From: Antedon mediterranea
Lineage: Eukaryota > Animalia > Echinodermata
Direction: 5' to 3'
Length of the DNA stretch: 64,000 nucleotides
NCBI RefSeq assembly: GCF_964355755.1
Contig: NC_092676.1
Location: 16,076,871 to 16,140,870, forward strand
Shown piece by piece: positions 42,101 to 54,100 of this stretch (the stretch's first letter is position 1; each line of letters opens with the position of its first letter). A model generated the notes under the pieces. That model was not told the origin of the DNA. It searched no databases and saw only the letters and a program-made list of their open reading frames with translations. Position numbers and translations under genes: made by a program.

Positions 42101-45100
42101 AAATATATAGTTTGTGAACAATTTGAGACCAGAATTAAGTCTCTAATGTGTATAGTTGCCAAGATATGAACATTTTTTGTTTTTATGGTGGCCATTTTGA
42201 AATCAAGATGGCCGCCATACCGGACGTTGGACACTTGGCACCCCCCGATATTTTGAATCTATATACATCAAAGAAACTTTGTGCCAAGTTTCATGCTTTG
42301 GTAATAAAATGCACAGCTCATGTCATTAACTGCTCTACTATATATCATTCCAGTTATATTGAATGTCTTACCTGAATTTCCTGCTGTAGCCTATCTATAT
42401 CAGTAACTTTGACATCTCTACTCTGTGACATCAGAATGATTGATGTATGCTGGCCTGTTACACTATTCTTTTTTTCTTCTAACAACCTATTTAATTCATT
42501 CTTTTTATCTTCCTAAAATAAAAAAAAATAGCTAGCATTACATAAATTTTAGTAAGAGAACAACAATGAAAATATATTGCTTCTTTATTCTTCATTCAAT
42601 ATTGATGGAAGGGTTTAATAAATGTCGAGTTGATGTTAAAGAAGCAGATGTAACAAAGAGAAAACAATTTAAGGAAATATCAATTAATATCTAATAATCA
42701 ATAGTGATTGATTTTGATAATTTTATGACGATAATGATGACAATGACCCTGACGATGATACAGTAAAGATTTTGCTAATGGCAATGGAATTTTTTTCAGT
42801 TAATGGTGATTATTATATATAATTATATTTCAAGATATATTTATTTCATACAATTAAAATCTTAGAAGGTAGCTTAAAGCTGAAATACAATAAATTTTTT
42901 TAGATAAAGAACATTACAATGATGATATTATGAGCGACTTACCAACGTTCCCAGTTCGCATTGTAGTGTTTTTGCCTTTCCCTTTAAATGTCTAATTTCT
43001 TCTTGCTCTCTCATTCTGATAGAATCTAACTCCTGTTTTTTATTTTTTATTAGTTCAAGTTGTCTTTGTCTCTCCATCTCCCTTCTAGCAGCCTACAGAT
43101 ATAATAATAATTGTATTAGTTTAATTAAAACATACAATACAATACTATTTATTGTCATTTTAACAACAATGCTGTGGGTATCAGAGGCTGGATCAATGGA
43201 GATCCAAATAAAATCTGCAAAATGCTAATTCAAAAGGATAAAGTAAAACAGCCAGAAAGAAATTGCAAAGCTTTCGGGTAGCACAAACCCTTCAAAATAT
43301 GAAATATTATATTTGAATAAAACTGAAATTGAATATTAAAATAATAGCATTACATGGTATATACTGATGATAGAAAGAAGATGGGCAAATAAGCATAGTA
43401 AAAAACATGTAATACCAACAAAGGGTTATAAAACATATACTAAAATACAATGAAACATTGGAAAATATTTATAAAATTAAATATACTGAGGATACTTGTA
43501 GTAAATATGTAAATAATCTTCTGATGACGGTGATAAACAAGTATCCACAAACCTCTCTTTGCTCCATTATTTTTCTCCTTTGTTCTTCTTGTTCTGCTTC
43601 TATTTCTCTTTGCCTTGCAAGCTGTTTCTCTAATTCCATTTGTCTTCTCCTCTCTTGTTCCATTCTTATTCTTTCCTTTCTTTCATGCTCCTGTTTTTCC
43701 AAGTACTCTTGCCGATCCTGAAAATAAAACGTAATTGTTAATGTATAAACCTATCTATCCTAATCTATGTTTAAAAATGAAACGCTGTCACTAACTTTTG
43801 TACCCAATAACAAAAACTGAACAAATTAATAAAGTGACAACTTAAAATCTAAGACATTATTTTATATCATACACCTCTGTTTACTGGCTTGAGGCTTTGT
43901 TTTTGTGTGAATAAACTGAATAAAAATTAAATATTCATGATTGTTCTTTATGGTTTCATTTATCTAATTTACAAACTTACTCTTTCTTTCTTCTGTTCTT
44001 CCTGCAGCATTGCTCTACGTCGTTCAAGTTCAATTTATCTAATTTACAAACTTACTCTTTCGTTCTTCTGTTCTTCCTGCAGCATTGCTCTACGTCGTTC
44101 AAGTTCCATTTATCAAATTTACAAACTTACTCTTTCTTTCTTCTGTTCTTCCTGTAGCATTGCTCTACGTCGTTCAAGTTATTTATCTAATTTACAAACT
44201 TACTCTTTCTTTCTTCTGTTCTTCCTGCAGCATTGCTCTACGTCGTTCAAGTTATTTATCTAATTTACAAACTTACTCTTTCTTTCTTCTGTTCTTCCTG
44301 CAGCATTGCTCTACGTCGTTCAAGTTCAATTTATCTAATTTACAAACTTACTCTTTCTTTCTTCTGTTCTTCCTGCAGCATTGCTCTACGTCGTTCAAGT
44401 TCCATTTATCTAATTTACAAACTTACTCTTTCTTTCTTCTGTTCTTCCTGCAGCATTGCTCTACGTCGTTCAAATTCCATTTATCTAATTTACAAACTTA
44501 CTCTTTCTTTCTTCTGTTCTTCCTGCAGCATTGCTCTACGTCGTTCAAGTTCAATTTATCTAATTTACAAACTTACTCTTTCTTTCTTCTGTTCTTCCTG
44601 CAGCATTGCTCTACGTCGTTCAAGTTCCATTTATCTAATTTACAAACTTACTCTTTCTTTCTTCTGTTCTTCCTGCAGCATTGCTCTACGTCGTTCAAGT
44701 TCCATTTATCTAATTTACAAACTTACTCTTTTTTTCTTCTGTTCTTCCTGCAGCATTGCTCTACGTCGTTCAAGTTCCATTTATCTAATTTACAAACTTA
44801 CTCTTTCTTTCTTCTGTTCTTCCTGCAGCATTGCTCTACGTCGTTCAAGTTATTTATCTAATTTACAAACTTACTCTTTCTTTCTTCTGTTCTTCCTGCA
44901 GCATTGCTCTACGTCGTTCAAGTTCCATTTATCTAATTTACAAACTTACTCTTTCTTTCTTCTGTTCTTCCTGCAGCATTGCTCTACGTCGTTCAAGTTC
45001 CATTTATCTAATTTACAAACTTACTCTTTCTTTCTTCTGTTCTTCCTGCAGCATTGCTCTACATCGTTCAAGTTCCATTTATCTAATTTACAAACTTACT

Positions 45101-48100
45101 CTTTCTTTCTTCTGTTCTTCCTGTAGCATTGCTCTACGTCGTTCAAGTTATTTATCTAATTTATAAACTTACTCTTTCTTTCTTCTGTTCTTCCTGCAGC
45201 ATTGCTCTACGTTGTTCAAGTTATTTATCTAATTTACAAACTTACTCTTTCTTTCTTCTGTTCTTCCTGCAGCATTGCTCTACGTCGTTCAAGTTCAATT
45301 TATCTAATTTACAAACTTACTCTTTCTTTCTTCTGTTCTTCCTGCAGCATTGCTCTACGTCGTTCAAGTTCAATTTATCTAATTTACAAACTTACTCTTT
45401 CTTTCTTCTGTTCTTCCTGCAGCATTGCTCTACGTCGTTCAAGTTATTTATCTAATTTACAAACTTACTCTTTCTTTCTTCTGTTCTTCCTGCAGCATTG
45501 CTCTACGTCGTTCAAGTTCAATTTATCTAATTTACAAACTTACTCTTTCTTTCTTCTGTTCTTCCTGCAGCATTGCTCTACGTCGTTCAAGTTCCATTTG
45601 TCCTCGATCAAAGTTTAGTTTCTTCTTTTCTTCTAAACTAACTAATAAAGCAATAAAAACATGGTTATTCAGGTAATTCTATTTAAAATAAAAATTCATA
45701 CAAGCAGAATATACAAAATAATTCAACATTAAAGAATAACAATGCTTTCTTAAATTTATTTTAACATAAAATTAAAACATAGTGAAATACAAAAGAAATT
45801 AGATTAGAAAAGTATAAAAGTAAAATTAATACCACTTACAAATTTTTGGTTTATCTTCCATGGCATCCGATTCTACACTGCCCTGCTTGACAATAGTTGG
45901 TGAAAGTGGCGGAGGAGCACCAACAGCATTGCCTATAGGGGCCATGCCTCTCCTGTACGATGGAGGAATGAGTTCTTGCGGTAAGGTTTTGGGCAAGGGT
46001 TGGCCTGACTTGGCAACATCGACTAGATGCATAGCAAGACAGAACTCTTCTGAGGTAAGCTTTCCATCATTATCAATGTCAGATAATCCCCTAGAAAAGA
46101 AAATATAGAGTTCTAAATTAAATTAATTACAATCCAAAGAAGGGGGAAAAAAATAATTTCATGTTTTTTTTGGTGTTTCCATTGTTTTGAATTGAAGGGC
46201 CATTTTTAAGGTTTATTTTAGCTTATAACATAACACAATGTCTTTGAGAACAACATACAGTGGTATACTATAGTGTGTTTATCTCAATAGATAAAGGTTT
46301 ATGAGGTTGAAAATAGAACAATAGGCCTTTTCTATGTAATTTCGAAATATACAGAAATTACAACTAAAACCCCATTTACACTTATGATTTGGGTTGACCT
46401 GGGCTTATGCAGTGACTTGAGAGCATGTATCATCAGGGCCGTCATTTGCAATGCAAGTGTAAACATGAACCAGGCCCAAACTAATAAATCTTGATCCACC
46501 CTGGACTGGCCCAGGGCCCAATTGTAAGTGTAAAAGATGGGGCCATAGACAAGTAAATTTATACTCATACTACAACCAAGGCAAACTAACAACAGAGGGC
46601 ACTGAGCTCGCCTTGCCAAAATAGGAACTTGTAACAGTCCTTTGATCTTATGTCTGGCTGCAACAAATATCAACAGGACTGTACTATGTACATATTATCA
46701 GTGGCGCATGGTGCCTAATAAGGAGCATGAAACTGATCGTGTTGCATAAACTCTTTGATCTCCGGAGCTCAGCATCCTGTTGTTAGATTGGCTTGCTACA
46801 ACTTACCATATTTCTGCTAATGCTGTATTAGATAGGAAAGACTTCTGTAGGATTGCTCTTGCTTCAACGCCAGTCAGAAATCCTTTTCTTTGTCTATCGT
46901 TCTGGTTAAACATCTGCTTGTACTTCAGTTTCATTGGATGAGGAATCGCCCAATCAGCACCTAGAGAACCACTTCTAGATCTATGAACAGACACATGAGT
47001 GAGTGAGTGGCCGAGCGGTTTATGAGCGAGTGGCCGGCCGAGAGGTTAGGACAGTGGAACCGTAATTACGTCCAGTGTACACAACTAGCTTGTGTGCACT
47101 TTAAAAGAACCTAGTACATCTTCCAAAACGAGTACGGGGTTACCCCGGTGTATTAGTACATCACAGCCACTTATCACCAACTGGGCCCTCTGGGAGACCA
47201 GGCTTTGACTGAAGAGGTCACCCAGTATAAAAAAAAAAAAACTAATTTAATTGATTCTAAACAAGACTTTCCAATAATTATTTTAATTTCTTTAATTTTA
47301 ATTTTTGGTTTTCTTTTAGGTAGATGACTTAAAACAAAATTATGGTTAAGTGTTTTCCTTAGCTTAGCTTGGTGGATGGCCACCGATATTGTAAATAACT
47401 TTTACATACCTACTATCTGGTGATCCTACAATGGGTGCAACTCCTACTGGCTGCATGCCTACAGGCATCTGTGAACCCATGATAGGTACACTCTTAGTAG
47501 CCTTGGGTCCAGGTTGCATGATAGAGCCTGGCATATGCATACCACTAGATTGCAAGCCTGTAAATGATGCACTAGACATGTTCATTCCTTGCTGCATGTT
47601 GCCTAGGCCTTGCATACCCATACCTGGCATTGGACCCATGTCTGTCAAAAACAACGGCATTTAGTTAAGCTTATCGTGGGTCCATCGTGTATGGCGCAAT
47701 ACATTTAAAGGAATTTTAGGGATGAAAATATGATACTGTCGGACAAACCAAAAATAACTTGTTGCACCTAAATTCAAAGCTCATTTAAGTATGTCTAATT
47801 TGAATGCCTTCTTTGTTTAAGGGTCTAAAAAATGGTTAAAATTTGAAACATAAACTTAAATCATTTAACAAATTATGAACATGATTGGTTTGGGAAATAT
47901 TTAAGTTCTACATTTTTTTTAATTTCATACATTTACAGTAATCTATTATGGAAAACTGGTATCTAGGATTATTGGGCTATCCTGAATCTACTTGAGCATA
48001 TTTGCAAATATATTTTTTTTTTACTCTGCTTCAACAGATTTAGTCTATATGTATTGAACATACAAAAATTGGAAGTAATATATATTTTCTTTTCACAAAC

Positions 48101-51100
48101 AAAATCTTATCAATTTTGAAACATACAATTTTATTATGCAAGTTTGGTTGATGCTACTGTAGTTCAAATATAAATACAATTTTTATGTTAATCATCATTG
48201 CATTTCCATGGAAATGCATCTGTAAAACAGATTATCTATAAATGGGCTCGATACACATTTAAAACAGATTCATATTGTATATCCACTATTATGATCACTA
48301 ACCAAGAATAACCCTTATGGCAGTAATTTAAAATCAATTATTTGACTATTGTCAATGTTGAGTATTGAATGAATGATGCATTTTATATATTTAATTCTAT
48401 CCAAAATGTAAGTTTTGGTTCAATGTTTCAGTACATTATAAAAAAATTATAATGACCTTTAATGACTACATACTATTTTGATTAGTGTAACTAGACTGTT
48501 TTTGAGTAGGTATGTTTTATAAACGTTTTAGAGTAGGTATGTTTTATAATACTTTTGTATGTTCTCTTGCGAAAAACAGCTTTCTATAACTAAAAATATG
48601 ACCCGCTGTATTAAAATAATAACATTTCCTGATTTCTCGTTTTGACTTTTACAACAAGTCAAACTGACTCTCATTTATTTATGCAGCTAAATTTTACCGA
48701 ACCATTTGGTATTAAACATTGGGAGTGAAAACAATCAGGAAGAGGAGGGCTATATTTCGTTCGAAAATCATTATGATTACCATTACATTTAAATAGACAT
48801 TTTTCCACATGAATTACTTACTAAAAGAGCCCATGGACATTGCTGGCTGCAATTTCAATGATGGTGGAAGGGCATTTGGTAATTCAATTCCCTGCAATTT
48901 CTTTTTGATCAAGAACATTGCAATTGAGAACTCTAGTTTGTCCATTTTACCATCTTGGTTGAAATCTGCTAACATCCTACAATCACAAAATAAACATTTG
49001 TACACATTGTTATTTCCTTGTTTTGTTTTTGTGCAATTTAAAGATAAATTGTCCTACAAAACATGAAAAATAACTTTTGAATAAGTTTCAGTATTTAGTT
49101 ATTTACTTTCTTAGAGCAAAAAACAAACAAAATAATGATTTACACACAATAAACATTCAATTTGACCAATAATTATATGTTTTTGTTTTTTTTCTTAAAT
49201 TGAATATTGTTTTTGTTTCTGATCCAATTTTTGGTCAAAGTGAATAATTATTATACCCTATGGCCTATTAAACAAATAAAAAATTATGAAAAATAAAAAA
49301 AAAACCTTTTTCAGCTACACAGTATTACCACATAGATTGAAATCCTTTCAAAGCTGAGTATTTTATACTACCAAGCTATTCAATTTTTACATTTTTTCCA
49401 TTAAAATAAGGTTATAACAGCAGTATAATTTTGGTGTACTGTGTTACTTTAGCTTTTTCTGAGAGGTATAAATAAAAAATTGCAAATTATTGGCATTGTT
49501 GCCAAACAGTAAATTGAACATGAAAAAGTACTCATTTTGGATATCAACAACTAGGAAAAAGGGTCAAGACCTGTTTCCACGGGAACAATTGACATCCTTC
49601 CTAAGTATTTTGGAAGCTTATAATAACAAACGTTTAATTTAAAACAGGTACTGTATAGTAGTATCACATTGCTTCCTGACATTATAACAAACTTATATTA
49701 GAGTCATTAACGGATCACTCACTTCCTGAAATATGTAAACTTAGACTGATGTTAAAACAATAAGCCTTTAATATGGATTTTGAATATATTTATATGCTCA
49801 TGTCATAGTGTGTAAAATACAGTAGGCAGGGCAGCTAATCCGATAGAAATCTATGCCACACAGTTTAAAGCATAGTTATGATTTCTTTTCAACAGGGTCC
49901 TTTTTTGCTGCCAGCAAATAAACCAGATTAAATAGTGTACTGTATATAGTAATCTAAGTTTTTTTGGCAGAACATCACCCATTATTAGTTAATTGACCAA
50001 TTCAGTCTAAAATCTAGTTATTTCTAGAATCAGGTCCATCAACAACAAACAAATTAAAAAACCTGCTTACCAAATTTGACCCAATACTTGATTAGGTAAA
50101 TTAGACTTCAGAAAAAACTCCCTTGCTTGATCACCTTAAACGAAAAAGATTTTAGGAAAATAGTATACAGTGGTCATATTCACTAATCCCAAATTAGATG
50201 AAATATTTCCCGTAAATATAAGTGTTTCACTTAAGTCAACATTTGAGGATTTCCTTTAATAGATAAGTGATTTTGAAGATCTGTATACATTTTAAGAGTG
50301 CGCCTAGTGTTTTCCTTTAGTCCTGTAAGTTGTAAATATGACCGTTGATATTTAAATTACTATATACAGTATGTATAGGTCAGAACAATTTCAAAACAAT
50401 TAATTAGCATACTGTATAACATTTTCACTGTAAATTTTCTTTACTGAAGTATGTTTTTATAACCCTTTAATTAGCTTATATCATAATACAGAGTATTACA
50501 TAATAATCAGACTATCTATATTAATTAATATCACTAATAGGGTGTAATTAATGTAGAGCATTCTATTGTATTATGTAGCCTTATATTTCAAAATATTTTT
50601 CCCATTCATCTGAGTGAAAAAATAAGCCTCCACAATAAAAAGGTTCATACAATAACTCTTATGTCCCCTCATGCTGATAACATGGTATAAAACTGACTTC
50701 AAATAATGAGAGGCAAGCCATGATTTGATCTTTATTTGATCATCATCATGAATGAACAATAATAAATGATCAAATAAAGATTGAACCTTTGAATCATGGC
50801 TTGCCTCTCGTTATTTGTTATTCATGCTGATAATATGTGAACAATACTTACAACCTCTGCATGAATTATTATGTTTATTTGTAATATTGCCATATTATTC
50901 AGTTCTTTCTTATGCATCAATGGTTTGCAAAGTTAATCATTTCCTTTTTTCCCTCATTAATTTTCTTGTATTATAAAAGAGTGGATCAAAAATGTATACA
51001 CTTACCGGTAATAAATCCATTTATTGGTTTCAATTCATAGAAATTTGTATCATGCTTTGCACGATCTTCTGGCAAGATTCGCCAATCTAAAAAATAAATT

Positions 51101-54100
51101 CAAACCAATTCAAAAGTCATAATGCTACCCCAATGTCGACTGAAATGTCACTTATTACTTTCTGCTACAAAGATTGTGTGAAATAATTTCGTTGTTAAAG
51201 TGAAAATGTCAAAGAAATATAATTGTTATAATTTGAAAATCATGATCGAGATGTGAATGCACTTGCATACAAGCTGACACTTTTGATTTGGAGCCTTCTT
51301 TTAAAGATGTATTGTCCCCCAAAAACATGAAAAATGAAGATTAATTAAATCAGATTTTGAATAGGTTATTTTGTAGTTTGGATAAAGTTAATTACTTCCA
51401 TTGAAGTTTTCACTTATAAAATAACATGATAAATGTTTAAATTCAACCAAAAATCCATTGACTGGCAGGCAGCCAATTTGACTACTTGTTGCTTTAAATT
51501 CCAGTTTTTTTAAAATAAATTTGTTTTGATCCAATTTTTGGTTGAAGTCAATAACTATTATGTGACATTAAAATGGCATATTTAAAAAAAAAAATTGTAA
51601 AAAATTATTTTTCAGGGAGAAAATACATTTTTAAAGTCAGTCTCTGCAAAAGTGCATTTAAATTAACTGTAGTGTAAATATGTTCTACAGTAATAGAAAT
51701 GGAAATTGTAATTTAACCTATATATATTTAAGGGAAAATGTTGATGGGAAAAATTCTGATATAGTATATTGACATTGTATCAAAACCAGAATGATATATT
51801 TAAGTACTGTACTGTACAAATTAAACACGGTAAAGGTCGCCCTCGAGCTTAACTAGAAACTGAGAAAACTCGGATAGGTTCTCCACAGCAGCCAGTAGTT
51901 TCAGCACCTATTATCAGCACACATAGTGTAGTTATTAGTGTTATAAGTGTACTATATGTATGACAGTAAAACCATCTTGCCTACAGTTCTGTCTACACTA
52001 TCAAACTAGTTTGACAATATATGGGCACATCACATTTTTTTAGTCACATAAAGTGCACAGTAGACAGAGCTTAAGGATGCTCAGCATGGAACAGTTATCC
52101 ACGAACCAATGCCTAACACATGCTAGTCTGATATTCTCATTACACCATCACTTTCCTAACTGTGTATTGAATCATGAGTACTGACATTAGTTACTAAAAG
52201 GAAGTTTGACAGTTCATGGAAATTACTACTGTAGTAAAAGGCTAATGATAACGCCATATTTTAAGCTCTGTTTACACTACCAAACTTTATGTGACAACAA
52301 AATGTGATGTGCCCATATGGACATGATGATGTCATATCACTACCATATTTGGGAATATCACTACCATATTTGGGCACAGCTCTTTTTTGTCAAACTACTT
52401 TGATAGTGTACACAGAGCTTTACAAAAAAGCTTAAACACTATTCATAAAACGCCCGAATGTATTGATACTAAATAGGCCTAATGTATAATATGGTCGAAC
52501 AGTTAAGACAGGGTAACCATTTTAAAGTTCTGCACATATACTATCATCAGCTACCTAACCCCAAAACACATCATTTTTAATTATTAAAGTTCATATTGTA
52601 ACTTTTCAGTAATTTTCTCTAAAGAAAATTAGATAAAACTGGATTAAAAGAATAATAATAATACGCCAATAGATTCTTTAAAAATTGTATTGATGGAATG
52701 CAACAGTGTATTTTAATGTTTAAGGTGGAAAGTCCAGTAATAATACTGTTACTGAAAGTAAAAGAAGAGAGGAAGAGAAAATGCTGCGAAATACTACAAA
52801 CTTACCATCAGATTCGTGAAATTGAAATGGCCAGTTGAAGTTAGAGGGTCCTAAATATCCGTTATTCATTATTTTAACAACTCGTTGTAAGTTATGTGTT
52901 AAACATGAGTGCTAGCTATCGCAGTTAAAACTTGAAATACAGAGGTGAATAAATGGTTGCATTTTTTACATGAATCAGCGCAGGAAATGCTAATAAAATA
53001 TTCATCAGTTTAAATAATGAATCAAGTCCGTTCATTGACACAGTCACACGTTATACAAAGGATAGTACATAATTTAAAATAATTAGGAACAAAGAAAATA
53101 ATAAGACAAACAAGGTCACTTGCTCATTTTGAACATTTTACTTTTTAAATTTGGTGTAAATTGGGACATACTGTACATCGTAGAGTAAAGTATTCAAATG
53201 TTCTATAGTGAGAATTAAACATGATTTCCAAAGTACTACAGTTTTAGGTACACATACAACCATAGAGGTATTTTAGTGAAATAATTTATGGTGCAACTTA
53301 ATCCTCTGAAACCCATGCATGTAATCATGTTCATTATAATATCTCTATGATTTAATTAATTATTTTCTGTCAGTGTCAGAATAACAGTGCATGATCGACC
53401 TTGATGCTAAAAAAAAGTAGGCCTACAACAAAAAAGCCACTCAAAAATACAGTGGACTGAGATAAGCAATAGTAAACAATTCAAAATCTCAGCAGAGCTA
53501 CAGTTAGAGTACTAAGTACTGTACTATACCATGGTGCTACAGTACAAATCCTTCAGCACTACAGAACAGTGTGTGGAATAAAGAGTTCAGATAAAAGTAC
53601 AAAGCTAAGCTACTTTAAATGTATGATACAGTAGTAATTTATTTCAATAACAAGTGCCAATAATTCTGAATGATGATGCCGCTAAAACTAGTATAAAAAT
53701 AATAAAACACAAGTATGTTCTTGATTTTTATGCACCTTATTTTTATGTACCCCCATTTTTATGTACCCCCATTTTTATGTACCCCATTTTTATGTACCCC
53801 CATTTTTATGTACCCCCATTTTTATGTACCCCCATTTTTATGTACCCCCATTTTTATGTACCCCCATTTTTATGTACCCCATTTTTATGTACCCCATTTT
53901 TATGTACCCCCCTTTTTAAAAGATATTTTAGTCTACTCCGTAGCATTGTTATTATGACACGGGGGTCACGACTTAAAGTTCAATGAACTTACTGATACTG
54001 ATGTAAAATAATTACAACAAATGACAATAAAATGGAGTTAAAAGTACATTTTCATTTATTTTCCTCTCATATTATACTCTGTACATGTATGTTTGTTTAA

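Larger units (their letters stand above)
38375..42340. mobile_element. Academ-like DNA transposon, internally deleted, ~500-bp TIRs
   Basis: TAT|TAGTAGAGCAGTTAA ... TTAACTGCTCTACTA|TAT; arms ~38375-38895 and ~41815-42340 are highly similar inverted copies; internal transposase remnants. Confidence 0.8.

Noticed and set aside
43957-45543. Array units as mutually exclusive or additive coding exons (Dscam-like)
   Set aside because: Donor-to-AG distance is only 17 nt, there is no pyrimidine tract, and pseudo-exons are 56 or 58 nt (frameshifting).
43937-45676. Plus-strand ORFs up to 297 aa
   Set aside because: Antisense read-through of the 75-bp array; no independent gene evidence.
53654-53986. 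ORFs with repeated [11 protein letters not shown]
   Set aside because: Translation of the 16-bp tandem repeat.
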